This document shows, piece after piece, positions 26,765 to 35,278 of a stretch of DNA of 39,886 bases. The DNA comes from Anaerolineales bacterium (lineage in GTDB: Bacteria > Chloroflexota > Anaerolineae > Anaerolineales > E44-bin32): NCBI GenBank assembly GCA_022866145.1, contig JALHUE010000078.1, positions 1-39,886 of the forward strand. Reading direction: 5' to 3'. Numbering within the stretch: the stretch's first letter is position 1; each line of letters begins with the position of its first letter. The position numbers were made by a program, and so were the translations under genes. The notes beneath the pieces were generated by a model. It did not search any database and had not been told where the DNA came from. It saw only the letters and a program-made list of their open reading frames with translations.

Positions 26765-26793
26765 ATTATGTCATAGATACGCAGGCCTGACAA
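26765..26793 (-). promoter_or_regulatory. Candidate sigma70-type promoter of the histidine kinase gene
   Basis: On the minus strand: -35 TTGTCA (26793-26788), 17-nt spacer, extended -10 TG-a-CATAAT (26773-26765). About 45 nt upstream of the ATG at 26720. Confidence 0.55.
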
Positions 26794-26834
26794 ACATCTG
26801 CAGGTCTAGTGCGCTGAGGCGAGACGCCCCCGGC

Positions 26835-27227
26835 TCAGGCGCCGGACAAGCGGTTGACCAGGGGCGGACCCAAGATCAGCAGCCCGACCACTACTGAGGC
26901 GACGGCCGCCACCAGGACGGCGGCGGCGCCGACATCCTTGCCGAGGCGGGCGACAGGATGCAGGTCGGGGCTGGCGAGATCCACCGCCGCCTCGAGCGCC
27001 GTGTTCACGAACTCCGCCGACCAGACCAGGCCGATGGCCAGCACCAGCAGCGCCAACTCGGCGCGAGGCACGTCCAGCCACCAGGCCAGCCCAAGAACCA
27101 ACAAGGTCGCTCCAGTGTGAATCCAGGCGTTGCGTTGGGTGCGCAGCACATGCCAGAGACCTGCCAGCGCATGACGGAACGACTGCAGCCGTGAGCGGGC
27201 CCGAAGGGCGGGGTCAGGTCGATGCAT
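26835..27227 (-). CDS. dgkA: Diacylglycerol/undecaprenol kinase (DgkA family)
   Basis: 130 aa, 3 TM helices. FRHALAGLWH...QRNAWIH...EFVNTALEAAVD motif typical of prokaryotic DgkA. Follows ybeY, as in many bacteria. Confidence 0.88.
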   Translation of the reverse strand: MHRPDPALRARSRLQSFRHALAGLWHVLRTQRNAWIHTGATLLVLGLAWWLDVPRAELALLVLAIGLVWSAEFVNTALEAAVDLASPDLHPVARLGKDVGAAAVLVAAVASVVVGLLILGPPLVNRLSGA

Positions 27228-27675
27228 GGCGGGGGTCTGTGCCGCTCCTCAAGGCAGTCAGGATCTCCTTCTGGGCTCGCCACATCTGCCGCTTGCGGGC
27301 CGGGGTGTCATGGTCGTAGCCGAGCAGGTGCAGAACTCCATGGACCACCAGCAGCTGGCCTTCGCCGGCCAGGTCGTGGCGCTTGCGGGCGGCTTGTGCC
27401 TGGGCCACAGGCACGCAGACGGCAATGTCGCCGTAGTAGCGGCCGCCGACGTCCAGGCCCTGATCGTCGGCGGGAAAGGACAGCACGTCGGTCGCCCGGT
27501 CCACTCCGGCGAATTCGGCGTTCAACTGCTGCATGCGGGTTACCCCGGCTAGCAGAACGGTCAGGCTTCCGGGCTCGGCTTGCTGGTGGGAGAGCGCCGC
27601 CCGGGCGGCGCCGGCGAGCCCGGGACGGTACTTCCCCAAGCCGGGCTCGGCGAGCACGCTCACCGGATACTTCAT
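27214..27675 (-). CDS. ybeY: Endoribonuclease YbeY (rRNA maturation factor)
   Basis: 153 aa. Zn motif HGVLHLLGYDH, DVLSFP. The ATG at 27675 overlaps the upstream stop (ATGA). The track start at 27867 is an out-of-family extension overlapping the upstream gene. Confidence 0.9.
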   Translation of the reverse strand: MKYPVSVLAEPGLGKYRPGLAGAARAALSHQQAEPGSLTVLLAGVTRMQQLNAEFAGVDRATDVLSFPADDQGLDVGGRYYGDIAVCVPVAQAQAARKRHDLAGEGQLLVVHGVLHLLGYDHDTPARKRQMWRAQKEILTALRSGTDPRHAST

Positions 27676-29813
27676 CGCTCGGAGACCGCCGCCTCTTCGG
27701 ATTTGGCCGGCCTGTTGCCGTTGCCATTGGCCTCCGGGTAGCGAAGGCGCGAATGATACATGCTGCGCAGACTGCTCACGAACGAACGCCGGATGTTGTC
27801 CAGGTCGCGAAACGTCAGCTCCGTGCGGTCGAGCTGGCCTTTGGAAAGTCGGTCCTCGACCACCCACCGCACCAGGTCCTCGATCTCTTCTTCGGTCTCT
27901 GGAGCATCGGCACGGGCCTTGGCTTCGACACCATCGGCCAACATCAGGATGGCCGATTCGCGGGTGCGGGGCCGCGGGCCGGGGTAGACGAAATCCCGCC
28001 GGTTGACACGTTCGGGCTCGCCTCCGGCAGCCTCGAGGGCGGCCTGCAACTGATAGGTGGCCTCAAGCGTCCCGTGGTGCTCGGGAATGAAGGCCGCAAT
28101 CCGGCTCGGCAAGCGGTGCTTGCGGGCGAGTTCCAGGCCGTCTGTGACATGGGAGACGATCAGGCTGGCGCTGGTGGTCGGGTCAAGTTGCTCGTGGATG
28201 TTCTGCCCAGGCATCTGGTTCTCAATGAAGAACTGTGGGCGAAGCGCCTTGCCCGCATCGTGGTACAAGGCCCCGACGCGCACGAGCAGAGCGTTGGCGC
28301 CCACGGCCCGCGCCGCCTGTTCGGCCAGGTTGGCGACCTGCAGGCTGTGCTGGTAGGTTCCGGGCGCGTTGCGAAGGATTAACTGCAAGAGCGGGTGATC
28401 CGGGCGCGAGAGTTCGATCAGCTGTAGGTTCGAGGTCCCTCCGAGCAGAGTGCCGGCGAGCAGGACAAAGCCGAAGGCCAGGCTGGCCGACAGCAGGCCA
28501 GTCATCAAGCCGGCAACGAGCAGGGTTGTCTTGCCCACGAGGTCCGTCGTTGGATCCGCAAAGCGAAAGAGCACGACGACCGCGATTGCCCCCACCGATC
28601 CCGCCAGGCCGGCCCACAGGAAGGCGCTGATCCGTTCGGCCCGGCCGATCACCAAGGAGGCGATGCAGCCCGAGAGGGCAACGTACAGCCCGACCTCAAG
28701 ACCTCGCGGCGCCAGGTAGCCGGCGACGGCGCCGGTAGCCAGGGCGGCCAGAATCCCCATTCCGGGGGAAAGCAACACTGTCAGCACCATCGGCAAGGCG
28801 GCAGCATGGAAGATGTAGGGCAGCACGGCGTGACCGGGAATCATGGCTTGCAGGGTAATCGCCGTCAGGACAAAGGCCAGCCCAGTGACGACTGCCAGCC
28901 GGGCCGAGGCGATTTGCTTGCGATGGACGCGGTAGAGATACAGGCCGATCGTACAGCCGAGGAGGGTGACCAGTAGGCCGCGCAAGGCGATCTCGCGCCC
29001 AGGGTTGGGGGGACGGATCAGGCCATAGGCCTGCAGGGCCTCGATGTCGATCGGCTGGACAACCTGTCCCCGAGCGACGATGGTCTCGCTGGAAGCGAAG
29101 GTCCGTGCAACTGGCTCGACCCGCTGCCGGGCGGCGTCCTGCGCCTCTCGGGTCAACGGCTCATTGTAGAGTGCGTTAGGGGCGACGAACGCAGCCGCCA
29201 GGTCGGCGACCAGCTCGGCCTGCGATTCCGGCAGGCTGATGCTCACCAGCGCCGGCACGGCGCGGCGGGCACCCTCAATGGAACCCTCCCGGATCTCGGC
29301 CCGCATGACCTGTTCCAGTACCGCCAGGGCCTCGAGCCTGACGGCCTGCCAGCGTGCATCCGCAAGCTGTAGGATGGCCTGGGCTCTTTCCGCCGGGATG
29401 CGGATGTCGGACAGGGCGCTCAGGTCGGCGACCTTCTGCTCGGGTGATGCGAACTCGTCGGCACGAACCGAGTCGACATAGTCCAGGGTGCTTCGCAGGC
29501 GCTGGACCTGTTCCCGGGCGACCCGGCTGTCGGGAGGATCGAACACCGGCTCGACGCCATCGGACGCAATCCGGCGCGCTTCCTCGGTGCGGGTCTCGCT
29601 GGAGAAGGTCAGGGCGAAGGGAGCCTGCACATCCTGCGATGCGACCTGGCCCGCCTGCAGCACCACTCCGGCTGTCCGTTGGTTAATCGGGAGGGAGAGG
29701 GCCGCGGTCGCGCCGACCAGCGCCAGCAAGAAGATCACCCCGAGGCGGGCTGCGTTCCACGCGGAGAACATCCGCTCGCGCATTGGACGTCTGGGTTGCG
29801 GGGAGGACTCCAT
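27672..29813 (-). CDS. 7TM-receptor HD-domain phosphohydrolase (PgpH/YqfF-like)
   Basis: About 713 aa. Extracellular N-terminal domain, 7 TM block, C-terminal HD domain (HSLQVANLAEQ...LYHDAGK). Canonical position upstream of ybeY. Start ambiguous: ATG 29813 is preferred because it lies 7 nt after the yqeY stop; alternatives are 29783 and 29888. Confidence 0.82.
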   Translation of the reverse strand: MESSPQPRRPMRERMFSAWNAARLGVIFLLALVGATAALSLPINQRTAGVVLQAGQVASQDVQAPFALTFSSETRTEEARRIASDGVEPVFDPPDSRVAREQVQRLRSTLDYVDSVRADEFASPEQKVADLSALSDIRIPAERAQAILQLADARWQAVRLEALAVLEQVMRAEIREGSIEGARRAVPALVSISLPESQAELVADLAAAFVAPNALYNEPLTREAQDAARQRVEPVARTFASSETIVARGQVVQPIDIEALQAYGLIRPPNPGREIALRGLLVTLLGCTIGLYLYRVHRKQIASARLAVVTGLAFVLTAITLQAMIPGHAVLPYIFHAAALPMVLTVLLSPGMGILAALATGAVAGYLAPRGLEVGLYVALSGCIASLVIGRAERISAFLWAGLAGSVGAIAVVVLFRFADPTTDLVGKTTLLVAGLMTGLLSASLAFGFVLLAGTLLGGTSNLQLIELSRPDHPLLQLILRNAPGTYQHSLQVANLAEQAARAVGANALLVRVGALYHDAGKALRPQFFIENQMPGQNIHEQLDPTTSASLIVSHVTDGLELARKHRLPSRIAAFIPEHHGTLEATYQLQAALEAAGGEPERVNRRDFVYPGPRPRTRESAILMLADGVEAKARADAPETEEEIEDLVRWVVEDRLSKGQLDRTELTFRDLDNIRRSFVSSLRSMYHSRLRYPEANGNGNRPAKSEEAAVSER

Positions 29814-29820
29814 GGCCCTG

Positions 29821-30270
29821 CTACGGGGCGGACAACAGCTGCCGCACCCGATCGCTGACGGCTTTCCCGTCGGCCTTCCCCTGCACATGCGGCTGCAAGG
29901 ACTTCATCACCTTGCCGATCTCTGCCGGGGTGGTCGCGCCGGTCTCTTCGATCGCCTGACGCACCAGGCGCGTCAGTTCCTCATCACTGAGGGGCTTCGG
30001 CAGGTACGATTGCAGGACGGCCAGTTCCGCCCGAGCGGCCTCAACCAGGTCAGGCCGGTTGGCGCGCTCTGAGTCCTGGATCGCCTCATTGCGGACCTTG
30101 ACTTCCTTCTGCAAGACCGCCATCATCGCCGCTTCGTCCAGCTCGCCGCGCTTGTCGACCTCGGCCAGCTTGACGGCGGAAAGCACCATCCGCAAGGTGC
30201 GCTTGCGCACATCATCTCCGCTGCGCATCGCGGCCTTCAGGTCGGACTCTAGCTCATTGCGGGACGGCAT
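29821..30270 (-). CDS. yqeY: GatB/YqeY domain protein
   Basis: 149 aa. LKAAMRSGDDVRKRTLRMVLSAVK...LQKEVKVRNEAI...YLPKPLSDEEL...GKVMK is the characteristic YqeY pattern. Confidence 0.9.
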   Translation of the reverse strand: MPSRNELESDLKAAMRSGDDVRKRTLRMVLSAVKLAEVDKRGELDEAAMMAVLQKEVKVRNEAIQDSERANRPDLVEAARAELAVLQSYLPKPLSDEELTRLVRQAIEETGATTPAEIGKVMKSLQPHVQGKADGKAVSDRVRQLLSAP

Positions 30271-30277
30271 GAGTCCA

Positions 30278-31624
30278 TTATACCGAGGACCGGAAAGGCG
30301 GGGAAGGCGGGCCCTGGTGGGGGCCGTGCGGGGCGGGGTCGTTGCCCGCCAGTGCAGCTGTCAGCACGCCGCCTTGCACTCCGGTGATGTGGACGGAAGA
30401 CATCCTGGAGCGAAGGTTGAGGGGCGAGCGGGCCGATACGGGGAACCCCGTGTCGGTCAGTCCCCGCAGGCTCCAGCCTCCGCTGTCTGCGGGTTGTCCG
30501 CTAACCCAGACCGCCTGCTCAGTTCTGCCCACCTGTTGGCTGAGGGCGGCTTGGCGCGCCGTCCTCGCCAGGGCACGCAACCGCCGGGTGCGGAGGCCAA
30601 GGCGCACCGGGTCGACCGGGCTGGGAAGGCGGGCGGCCGCCGTCCCTGGGCGAGGCGAGTAGCCGAATACATGGGCGTCTGCAAACGCCATCCCTTCGAC
30701 AAACTGCAGACTGATGTCGAAGTCCACCTCGGTTTCGCCCGGGAATCCGGCGATCAGATCCGTGGTGAGCGCCAGGCCAGGAATCCACTCCCTGGCCTTG
30801 GCAGCCAGGCGGGCGAACCCGTTGGGCGTGACCGGGCGGAGCATTCGCTGCAGGGTTGCTGCGCTCCCGGACTGCAACGGCAGGTGAAGCTGGCGGCACA
30901 GTCGGCGGTTGTCCCAGAGCGCCAGAAGCGGCTCAGAGACATCCCAAGGATCGATCGACGAGAGGCGGAAGCGGACTCCCTCCGTCTCCCGTAGGATCAG
31001 GCCCATCAGGCCCTCCAGCCTCGGCAGGCCGCGGGCTTCCTGGCCGTATCCACCTAGTTGAACCCCGCACAGTACGATCTCGTGGGCGCCACCCAAGATG
31101 GCATGGCGGACCCGCTCGAGGACGGTTCCCGGGGGAACGCTCCGAGCCGGACCGCGCACCAGACGGGTAAGGCAAAATGCGCATCGGGAGTTGCAGCCCT
31201 CCTGTACCTTCACAAATCCCCGCACGCGATGCCGATTGCCCGGGATCGGAAGGCGAACGGCCTCCCCCGTGGCGGCGAAGGGGAGCCTGGAGCCCCCTGT
31301 CAGCTGCCGGGCGATGCTCTCCTTCCGCCAATTGGGGACGACTTCGATTCCAGGGGCAAGATGAGCGGCGGCGACGGGGTCAAGGGTGGCCCAGCATCCG
31401 GTGAGCACGATCCGCGCCTGGGGGCGAAGGCGGTACGCCCGGCGCGCCATGCTCCGCGAGTCGGCGGCGGCGGCCTGGGTGACGGCGCAGGTGTTGAGGA
31501 TGATCACGTCACTGCTTTCCGGCACGGCGACCAACTGGGCGCCCGCCTGGCGCAGGTCAGAGGCGATGAGTTCGAGCTCGCTCTGGTTCAAGCGGCAGCC
31601 GACGCTGTCGAGGAATACTCTCAT
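30278..31624 (-). CDS. mtaB: Radical-SAM tRNA methylthiotransferase, MtaB-like (MiaB/RimO family)
   Basis: 448 aa. UPF0004 N-domain (MRVFLDSVGCRLNQSE, NTCAVT), radical-SAM CNSRCAFC cluster motif. The ATG at 31624 overlaps the upstream stop (ATGA). The track ORF to 32146 is an artefactual extension. Assignment to MtaB rather than MiaB or RimO rests on the neighbourhood (yqeY) and is tentative. Confidence 0.8.
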   Translation of the reverse strand: MRVFLDSVGCRLNQSELELIASDLRQAGAQLVAVPESSDVIILNTCAVTQAAAADSRSMARRAYRLRPQARIVLTGCWATLDPVAAAHLAPGIEVVPNWRKESIARQLTGGSRLPFAATGEAVRLPIPGNRHRVRGFVKVQEGCNSRCAFCLTRLVRGPARSVPPGTVLERVRHAILGGAHEIVLCGVQLGGYGQEARGLPRLEGLMGLILRETEGVRFRLSSIDPWDVSEPLLALWDNRRLCRQLHLPLQSGSAATLQRMLRPVTPNGFARLAAKAREWIPGLALTTDLIAGFPGETEVDFDISLQFVEGMAFADAHVFGYSPRPGTAAARLPSPVDPVRLGLRTRRLRALARTARQAALSQQVGRTEQAVWVSGQPADSGGWSLRGLTDTGFPVSARSPLNLRSRMSSVHITGVQGGVLTAALAGNDPAPHGPHQGPPSPPFRSSV

Positions 31625-32307
31625 GAGTTGAGTGGTAGTTCGGGTTGACGGACGGAGAAGCTGTCGAAGGACACCCGCGTGCCGGGAAGATCGTATGTCC
31701 CGGCGAGCAGCCCGACATCTCCGCTCTCGAACGCGTCCGCAGCTGCCTGGCGGGCGGGGACCCCATTGATGCTGAGGGTGAGGCGAGGGCCGCTGCACTC
31801 TGCCCGCAGATGGTTTGTCGATTGGCCGTGGACGATCGAGTCGGCCGGAAGCATGGCGGCGTCGTTGAACATGGTCTGCACGCCGTCGAGGCGCTGGCCG
31901 ATGCCAGCGAACCCATCGGCGGAGATCAGGAAGAAGTAGAAGTTCTGGGGATCCTGATAGCGACAGATCACACCCAGGGCGTTGTTCTCCGGGCCATCCG
32001 TCACAGTGGCGTCGACGTCGATCACGACGTCCGTGAAGCGCAAACCCGGGCGCGACCAGGCGATCCTCTCGGGCTCGTAGACCGCAATCTGATAGGTGTC
32101 CGCGGAGTAGTCGGACTCGACGCTCGAGTCGCGGTAGCGATCCCACCCGCTCGAAGCCCGCGAGAAGTCGTCCTGGAAGAGGATCGATCCGGGTTGAGGG
32201 CTCGGCAGCAGCCCGGCACAGCCGCCGACCATCGCCGCGAAAACAGCGATCGCCACCGCTGGGGTTCGGGTAGGGTGTGGCTGCGGGTACGGGCTGTTGA
32301 GGCTCAT
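31621..32307 (-). CDS. Putative lipoprotein with a jelly-roll (LamG/DUF1080-like) domain
   Basis: 228 aa from the ATG at 32307. Signal peptide with lipobox-like AAMVGGC. The pattern LGVICRYQDPQNFYFFLISADG...GDVGLLAG resembles concanavalin-like beta-sandwich proteins. The earlier ATGs (32340, 32322) lie on or upstream of the predicted promoter. Confidence 0.6.
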   Translation of the reverse strand: MSLNSPYPQPHPTRTPAVAIAVFAAMVGGCAGLLPSPQPGSILFQDDFSRASSGWDRYRDSSVESDYSADTYQIAVYEPERIAWSRPGLRFTDVVIDVDATVTDGPENNALGVICRYQDPQNFYFFLISADGFAGIGQRLDGVQTMFNDAAMLPADSIVHGQSTNHLRAECSGPRLTLSINGVPARQAAADAFESGDVGLLAGTYDLPGTRVSFDSFSVRQPELPLNS

Positions 32308-32320
32308 CGAAACCGACCGC

Positions 32321-32331
32321 ATTCTAGCATG
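32321..32331 (-). promoter_or_regulatory. Candidate extended -10 promoter for the lipoprotein-mtaB-yqeY-pgpH-ybeY-dgkA operon
   Basis: Minus strand reads CATGCTAGAAT: TG at 32329-32328, TAGAAT at 32326-32321. It is identical to the 11-mer upstream of nrdR. Only 13 nt separate the -10 from the ATG at 32307. No good -35. Confidence 0.45.
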
Positions 32332-32412
32332 CGCCCTCAAGGAAAGGCGGGCGGCTTCCCCGGCGCGGGCGTGGGCTGGGCGCTTCCATGCCGAGGCCAG
32401 AGTACCCGCGAT

Positions 32413-33825
32413 TCAACCTCCGAGCGACTCCAGCGATCGGCGAGCCAGTTCTGCGTAGGCGCCCTCCGGGTCAATCTGTAGTACGGCCTGAAAGGCTGCG
32501 ATCGCTCCAGCCGAGTCTGCCAGGGCCAGGCGTGCCAGGCCAAAGTGATAGTGCGCCGAAGCGGACTGCGGATTCAGCTCGATGGAGGTCCGAAGGATGC
32601 GATCCGCCAGCAATGGGTCACCCTCGACAAGGTGGGCGTGGCCGAGTTGGTCCCAGGCCTCCGCACTTCCGGGCTCGAGGGCAACCGCGTTTCTGGCGGC
32701 AGGAAGAGCCAGGCCGGCGATGTCGAACCCGTGATCGAGAGAGAACTGGGCCAGCAGACCCCAGTAGGCGGGCTCTGTCGCGGCCGCTTCGGCAGCCCGA
32801 CGATACCAGCCGGCGGCCTGGGCGAGATCGCCGGCTGTCATCTGGGCTGCGCCCATTTCCGCCAGCATGGCCGGATTCTCGGGGCTCAGGGCGAGGCCGG
32901 CTTCGAGGAGGGGGATCGCGGCAGATGGCCTGCCGTGCTGGCGCAGGGCCATCGCTTCAAGCAGGTAGGGGAGGGGGGCGTCCGGCGCGTGCTGGCGGAT
33001 TCCCCGAAGCTGTTGGATCGCCTGTTCGTCGAGGGCGGAACGGGCATAGGCCAGATACGCCTGCGCCCCAAGATCCCCCGGCGCAAGGTCGACAGCCCGC
33101 TCGAACGCCGCGGCGGCCTCCGTCCACAATTGGTGCTTCAAGAACACCTGACCGGCACGCACGGCCGCCTCGGTAGGCGCAGAGCTGGAAGACAACCCGA
33201 GCGTGGTCACCAAGTCGGTCAGCAAGCGATCCTCAGGCCCTGTCAGTCGCCGGGCATCCCGGCTCAGGCTGAGCGCTGACTCTGTCCCAAGCGCTGCCGC
33301 CAGGACCGCGCGCAGCCGATGTGAGTCCGCATCCTGCGGATCGAGTCGAGCAGACACTCCTGCCTCCCCAAGGGCTTCCTCGAATTGGCCGGCGGCGGTC
33401 AATGCCTGAGCCCTTCTGCGGTGCAGCCTGGCGGAGCCCTGACAGCTAGCGGGGATCGGGGTGCGGGCGGGCGCCCCACGGGTCATGGCGAGCGCCTCGA
33501 AGCGCAGACATTCCAGATCCTCAGCCTCAGGCTCGATGTGGAGCGCCTGCTCGATATGAGCCAGGGCCGCGCCCCGGTCGTTTCCTGCGAGAGCGGCCTG
33601 CGCTGCCGGTCGATGCAGAAACCCGAGCGAAGGCTCAAGCCGCAGGATAGCGTTGAGGTGGGTGAGCCCAGCTTGCGGCTCTCCCAGAGCCAGAGACTCC
33701 CGGGCTGCCGCCAATTCCTCCGCCAGCGCCCGCGGCGCCGCGGTCGGCGACACTGCAGCCAGGATCGTGCCTGTCAGGAACAGGAGGATGGCACGGACCA
33801 GGCTGGGGTTCAAGCGGGGCTCCAT
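32413..33825 (-). CDS. Secreted/periplasmic tetratricopeptide-repeat protein
   Basis: 470 aa. N-terminal signal-like helix (LVRAILLFLTGTILAAV), then repeated Ala/Leu-rich 34-residue-type repeats (e.g. AWDQLGHAHLVEGDPLLADRILRTSIELNPQSASAHYHFG). Confidence 0.75.
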   Translation of the reverse strand: MEPRLNPSLVRAILLFLTGTILAAVSPTAAPRALAEELAAARESLALGEPQAGLTHLNAILRLEPSLGFLHRPAAQAALAGNDRGAALAHIEQALHIEPEAEDLECLRFEALAMTRGAPARTPIPASCQGSARLHRRRAQALTAAGQFEEALGEAGVSARLDPQDADSHRLRAVLAAALGTESALSLSRDARRLTGPEDRLLTDLVTTLGLSSSSAPTEAAVRAGQVFLKHQLWTEAAAAFERAVDLAPGDLGAQAYLAYARSALDEQAIQQLRGIRQHAPDAPLPYLLEAMALRQHGRPSAAIPLLEAGLALSPENPAMLAEMGAAQMTAGDLAQAAGWYRRAAEAAATEPAYWGLLAQFSLDHGFDIAGLALPAARNAVALEPGSAEAWDQLGHAHLVEGDPLLADRILRTSIELNPQSASAHYHFGLARLALADSAGAIAAFQAVLQIDPEGAYAELARRSLESLGG

Positions 33826-33842
33826 CGATCTTCTTGGAATGG

Positions 33843-33848
33843 ATTATA
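33843..33848 (-). promoter_or_regulatory. Possible -10 box (perfect TATAAT) for the TPR gene
   Basis: Minus strand TATAAT at 33848-33843, 17 nt upstream of the ATG at 33825. No convincing -35. Confidence 0.35.
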
Positions 33849-33910
33849 GCCAGGGAGGCACGTCCCGGAATGCGTGCTGCGGCTCACCCTGCAGGTGTGA
33901 CCTTCAACCG

Positions 33911-33939
33911 TTGAGCGCCGGAACCCCAAACGCTATAAT
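33911..33939 (+). promoter_or_regulatory. Candidate sigma70-type promoter of the acd-etfBA operon
   Basis: -35 TTGAGC (33911-33916), exactly 17-nt spacer, perfect -10 TATAAT (33934-33939). 23 nt upstream of the ATG at 33963, with GAGG at 33955-33958. Confidence 0.6.
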
Positions 33940-33962
33940 CGGCTCGATCCCTGTGAGGCCGG

Positions 33963-35183
33963 ATGGATTTCAGTCTGAGTTCAGAGCAGCTCATGGTGCA
34001 GAGGGCAGTCCGTGACTTCGCACAGAAGGAAGCTGCGCCGGTCTTGAAAGGGCTGGACCGTGAGCAGCGGGCGGATCCACTCCTGATCCGCCGGATGGGA
34101 GCGTTGGGGCTGCTCGGGGTGTGTCTGCCGGTTCGGTACGGCGGGCAGGGGATGGACTACATCAGCTTGGGGTTGGTGTGTGAGGAGCTGGAGTATGTCG
34201 ACACCAGCCTGCGGGTCGTCCTCTCGGTTCACTTGGGTCTGACCTCCTTGGGATTGCTGCAGTGGGGGAGTGAGGCGCAGAAGCAGCAGTACCTTGTCCC
34301 GCAGGCGGCCGGTGACAAGCTGGCCGGTTTTGCCCTGACCGAACCCGGCGCTGGCTCGGATGTGGCCGCAATCGCCTCGACGGCCCGGGCGGTGGAGGGT
34401 GGTTACCGGTTGCAGGGCGAGAAGACCTGGATCTCCTTGGCGAGCCTGGCTGACCAGGTGTTGTGGTTCGCCCGGACCGGTCCCGCCGACGCCGATCCAC
34501 ACCAGGCGCTGACCGCCTTCATCCTGGAGACGGACCGGCCCGGCGTGACGCGCGGCGATCACCACGGCAAGTTGGGGATCCGGGCGGGGTCCACCGGTTG
34601 GCTGGCCTGCGACCAGGTCTTCGTGCCGATCGAGAACCGATTGGGCGAGGAGGGGGAGGGTTTCCGGATTGCGATGGCTTGTCTCGATGGCGGACGCTAT
34701 ACCGTAGCGGCAGGCGCGGCCGGACTGATCCGCGCCTGCCGGGATGCGAGCGTCGCCTATGCTCGACAACGCCAGGCCTTCGGTCGGCCGATCGCGCAGC
34801 ACCAGTTGATCGAGCAGAAGATCGCCGGCATGGCCCAGGCCTATGATGTCTCCCGCCTGCTGTACTTGCAGGCAGGCTGGATGAAGAACCAGGGTCTTCG
34901 GTGCACCCGCGAAACCTCGATGGCCAAGTGGTATGCTACCGAAGCCGCGTTTGAGTGCGCTTCGCAAGCTATTCAGGTCCACGGTGCCTACGGCTTCAGC
35001 GACGAATTTGATGTCGAGCGCTATCTGCGCAATGCGCGGGGAGCGATGATCTACGAAGGCACCAGTGAGATCCACACCCTGATCCAGGCCAGCTATGCGC
35101 TCGGCTCGAGGGTAGACGGGCAGCTGCGGTGTGAACTCCCGGCTTACGATGCCCAGGCCTGGACGGCGCCCGCCGCGGCCTGA
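33963..35183 (+). CDS. Acyl-CoA dehydrogenase
   Basis: 406 aa. LTEPGAGSD, GEKTWIS, catalytic-base region IYEGTSEIH. Followed by etfBA. Confidence 0.9.
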   Translation: MDFSLSSEQLMVQRAVRDFAQKEAAPVLKGLDREQRADPLLIRRMGALGLLGVCLPVRYGGQGMDYISLGLVCEELEYVDTSLRVVLSVHLGLTSLGLLQWGSEAQKQQYLVPQAAGDKLAGFALTEPGAGSDVAAIASTARAVEGGYRLQGEKTWISLASLADQVLWFARTGPADADPHQALTAFILETDRPGVTRGDHHGKLGIRAGSTGWLACDQVFVPIENRLGEEGEGFRIAMACLDGGRYTVAAGAAGLIRACRDASVAYARQRQAFGRPIAQHQLIEQKIAGMAQAYDVSRLLYLQAGWMKNQGLRCTRETSMAKWYATEAAFECASQAIQVHGAYGFSDEFDVERYLRNARGAMIYEGTSEIHTLIQASYALGSRVDGQLRCELPAYDAQAWTAPAAA

Positions 35184-35240
35184 GAACTCGAAGTCCGGCC
35201 GGGCGAAGCGGGTCCGGCTGCAGACCGATCGGAAATCTCA

Positions 35241-35258
35241 GCCCTCGCACTCGAGGGC
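35241..35258 (+). other. Small perfect hairpin in the acd-etfB spacer
   Basis: GCCCTCG (35241-35247) cact CGAGGGC (35252-35258): a 7-bp stem with a 4-nt loop and no U-tract. About 20 nt upstream of the etfB TTG start. Confidence 0.3.
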
Positions 35259-35278
35259 GGAATCGAGAGGAGGGTGCT

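Noticed and set aside
26811-26843. Imperfect hairpin GCGCTGAG...CTCAGGCGC overlapping the dgkA stop codon.
   Set aside because: The stem is bulged, has no U-tract on the minus strand, and overlaps coding sequence. It cannot be distinguished from chance GC-rich complementarity.
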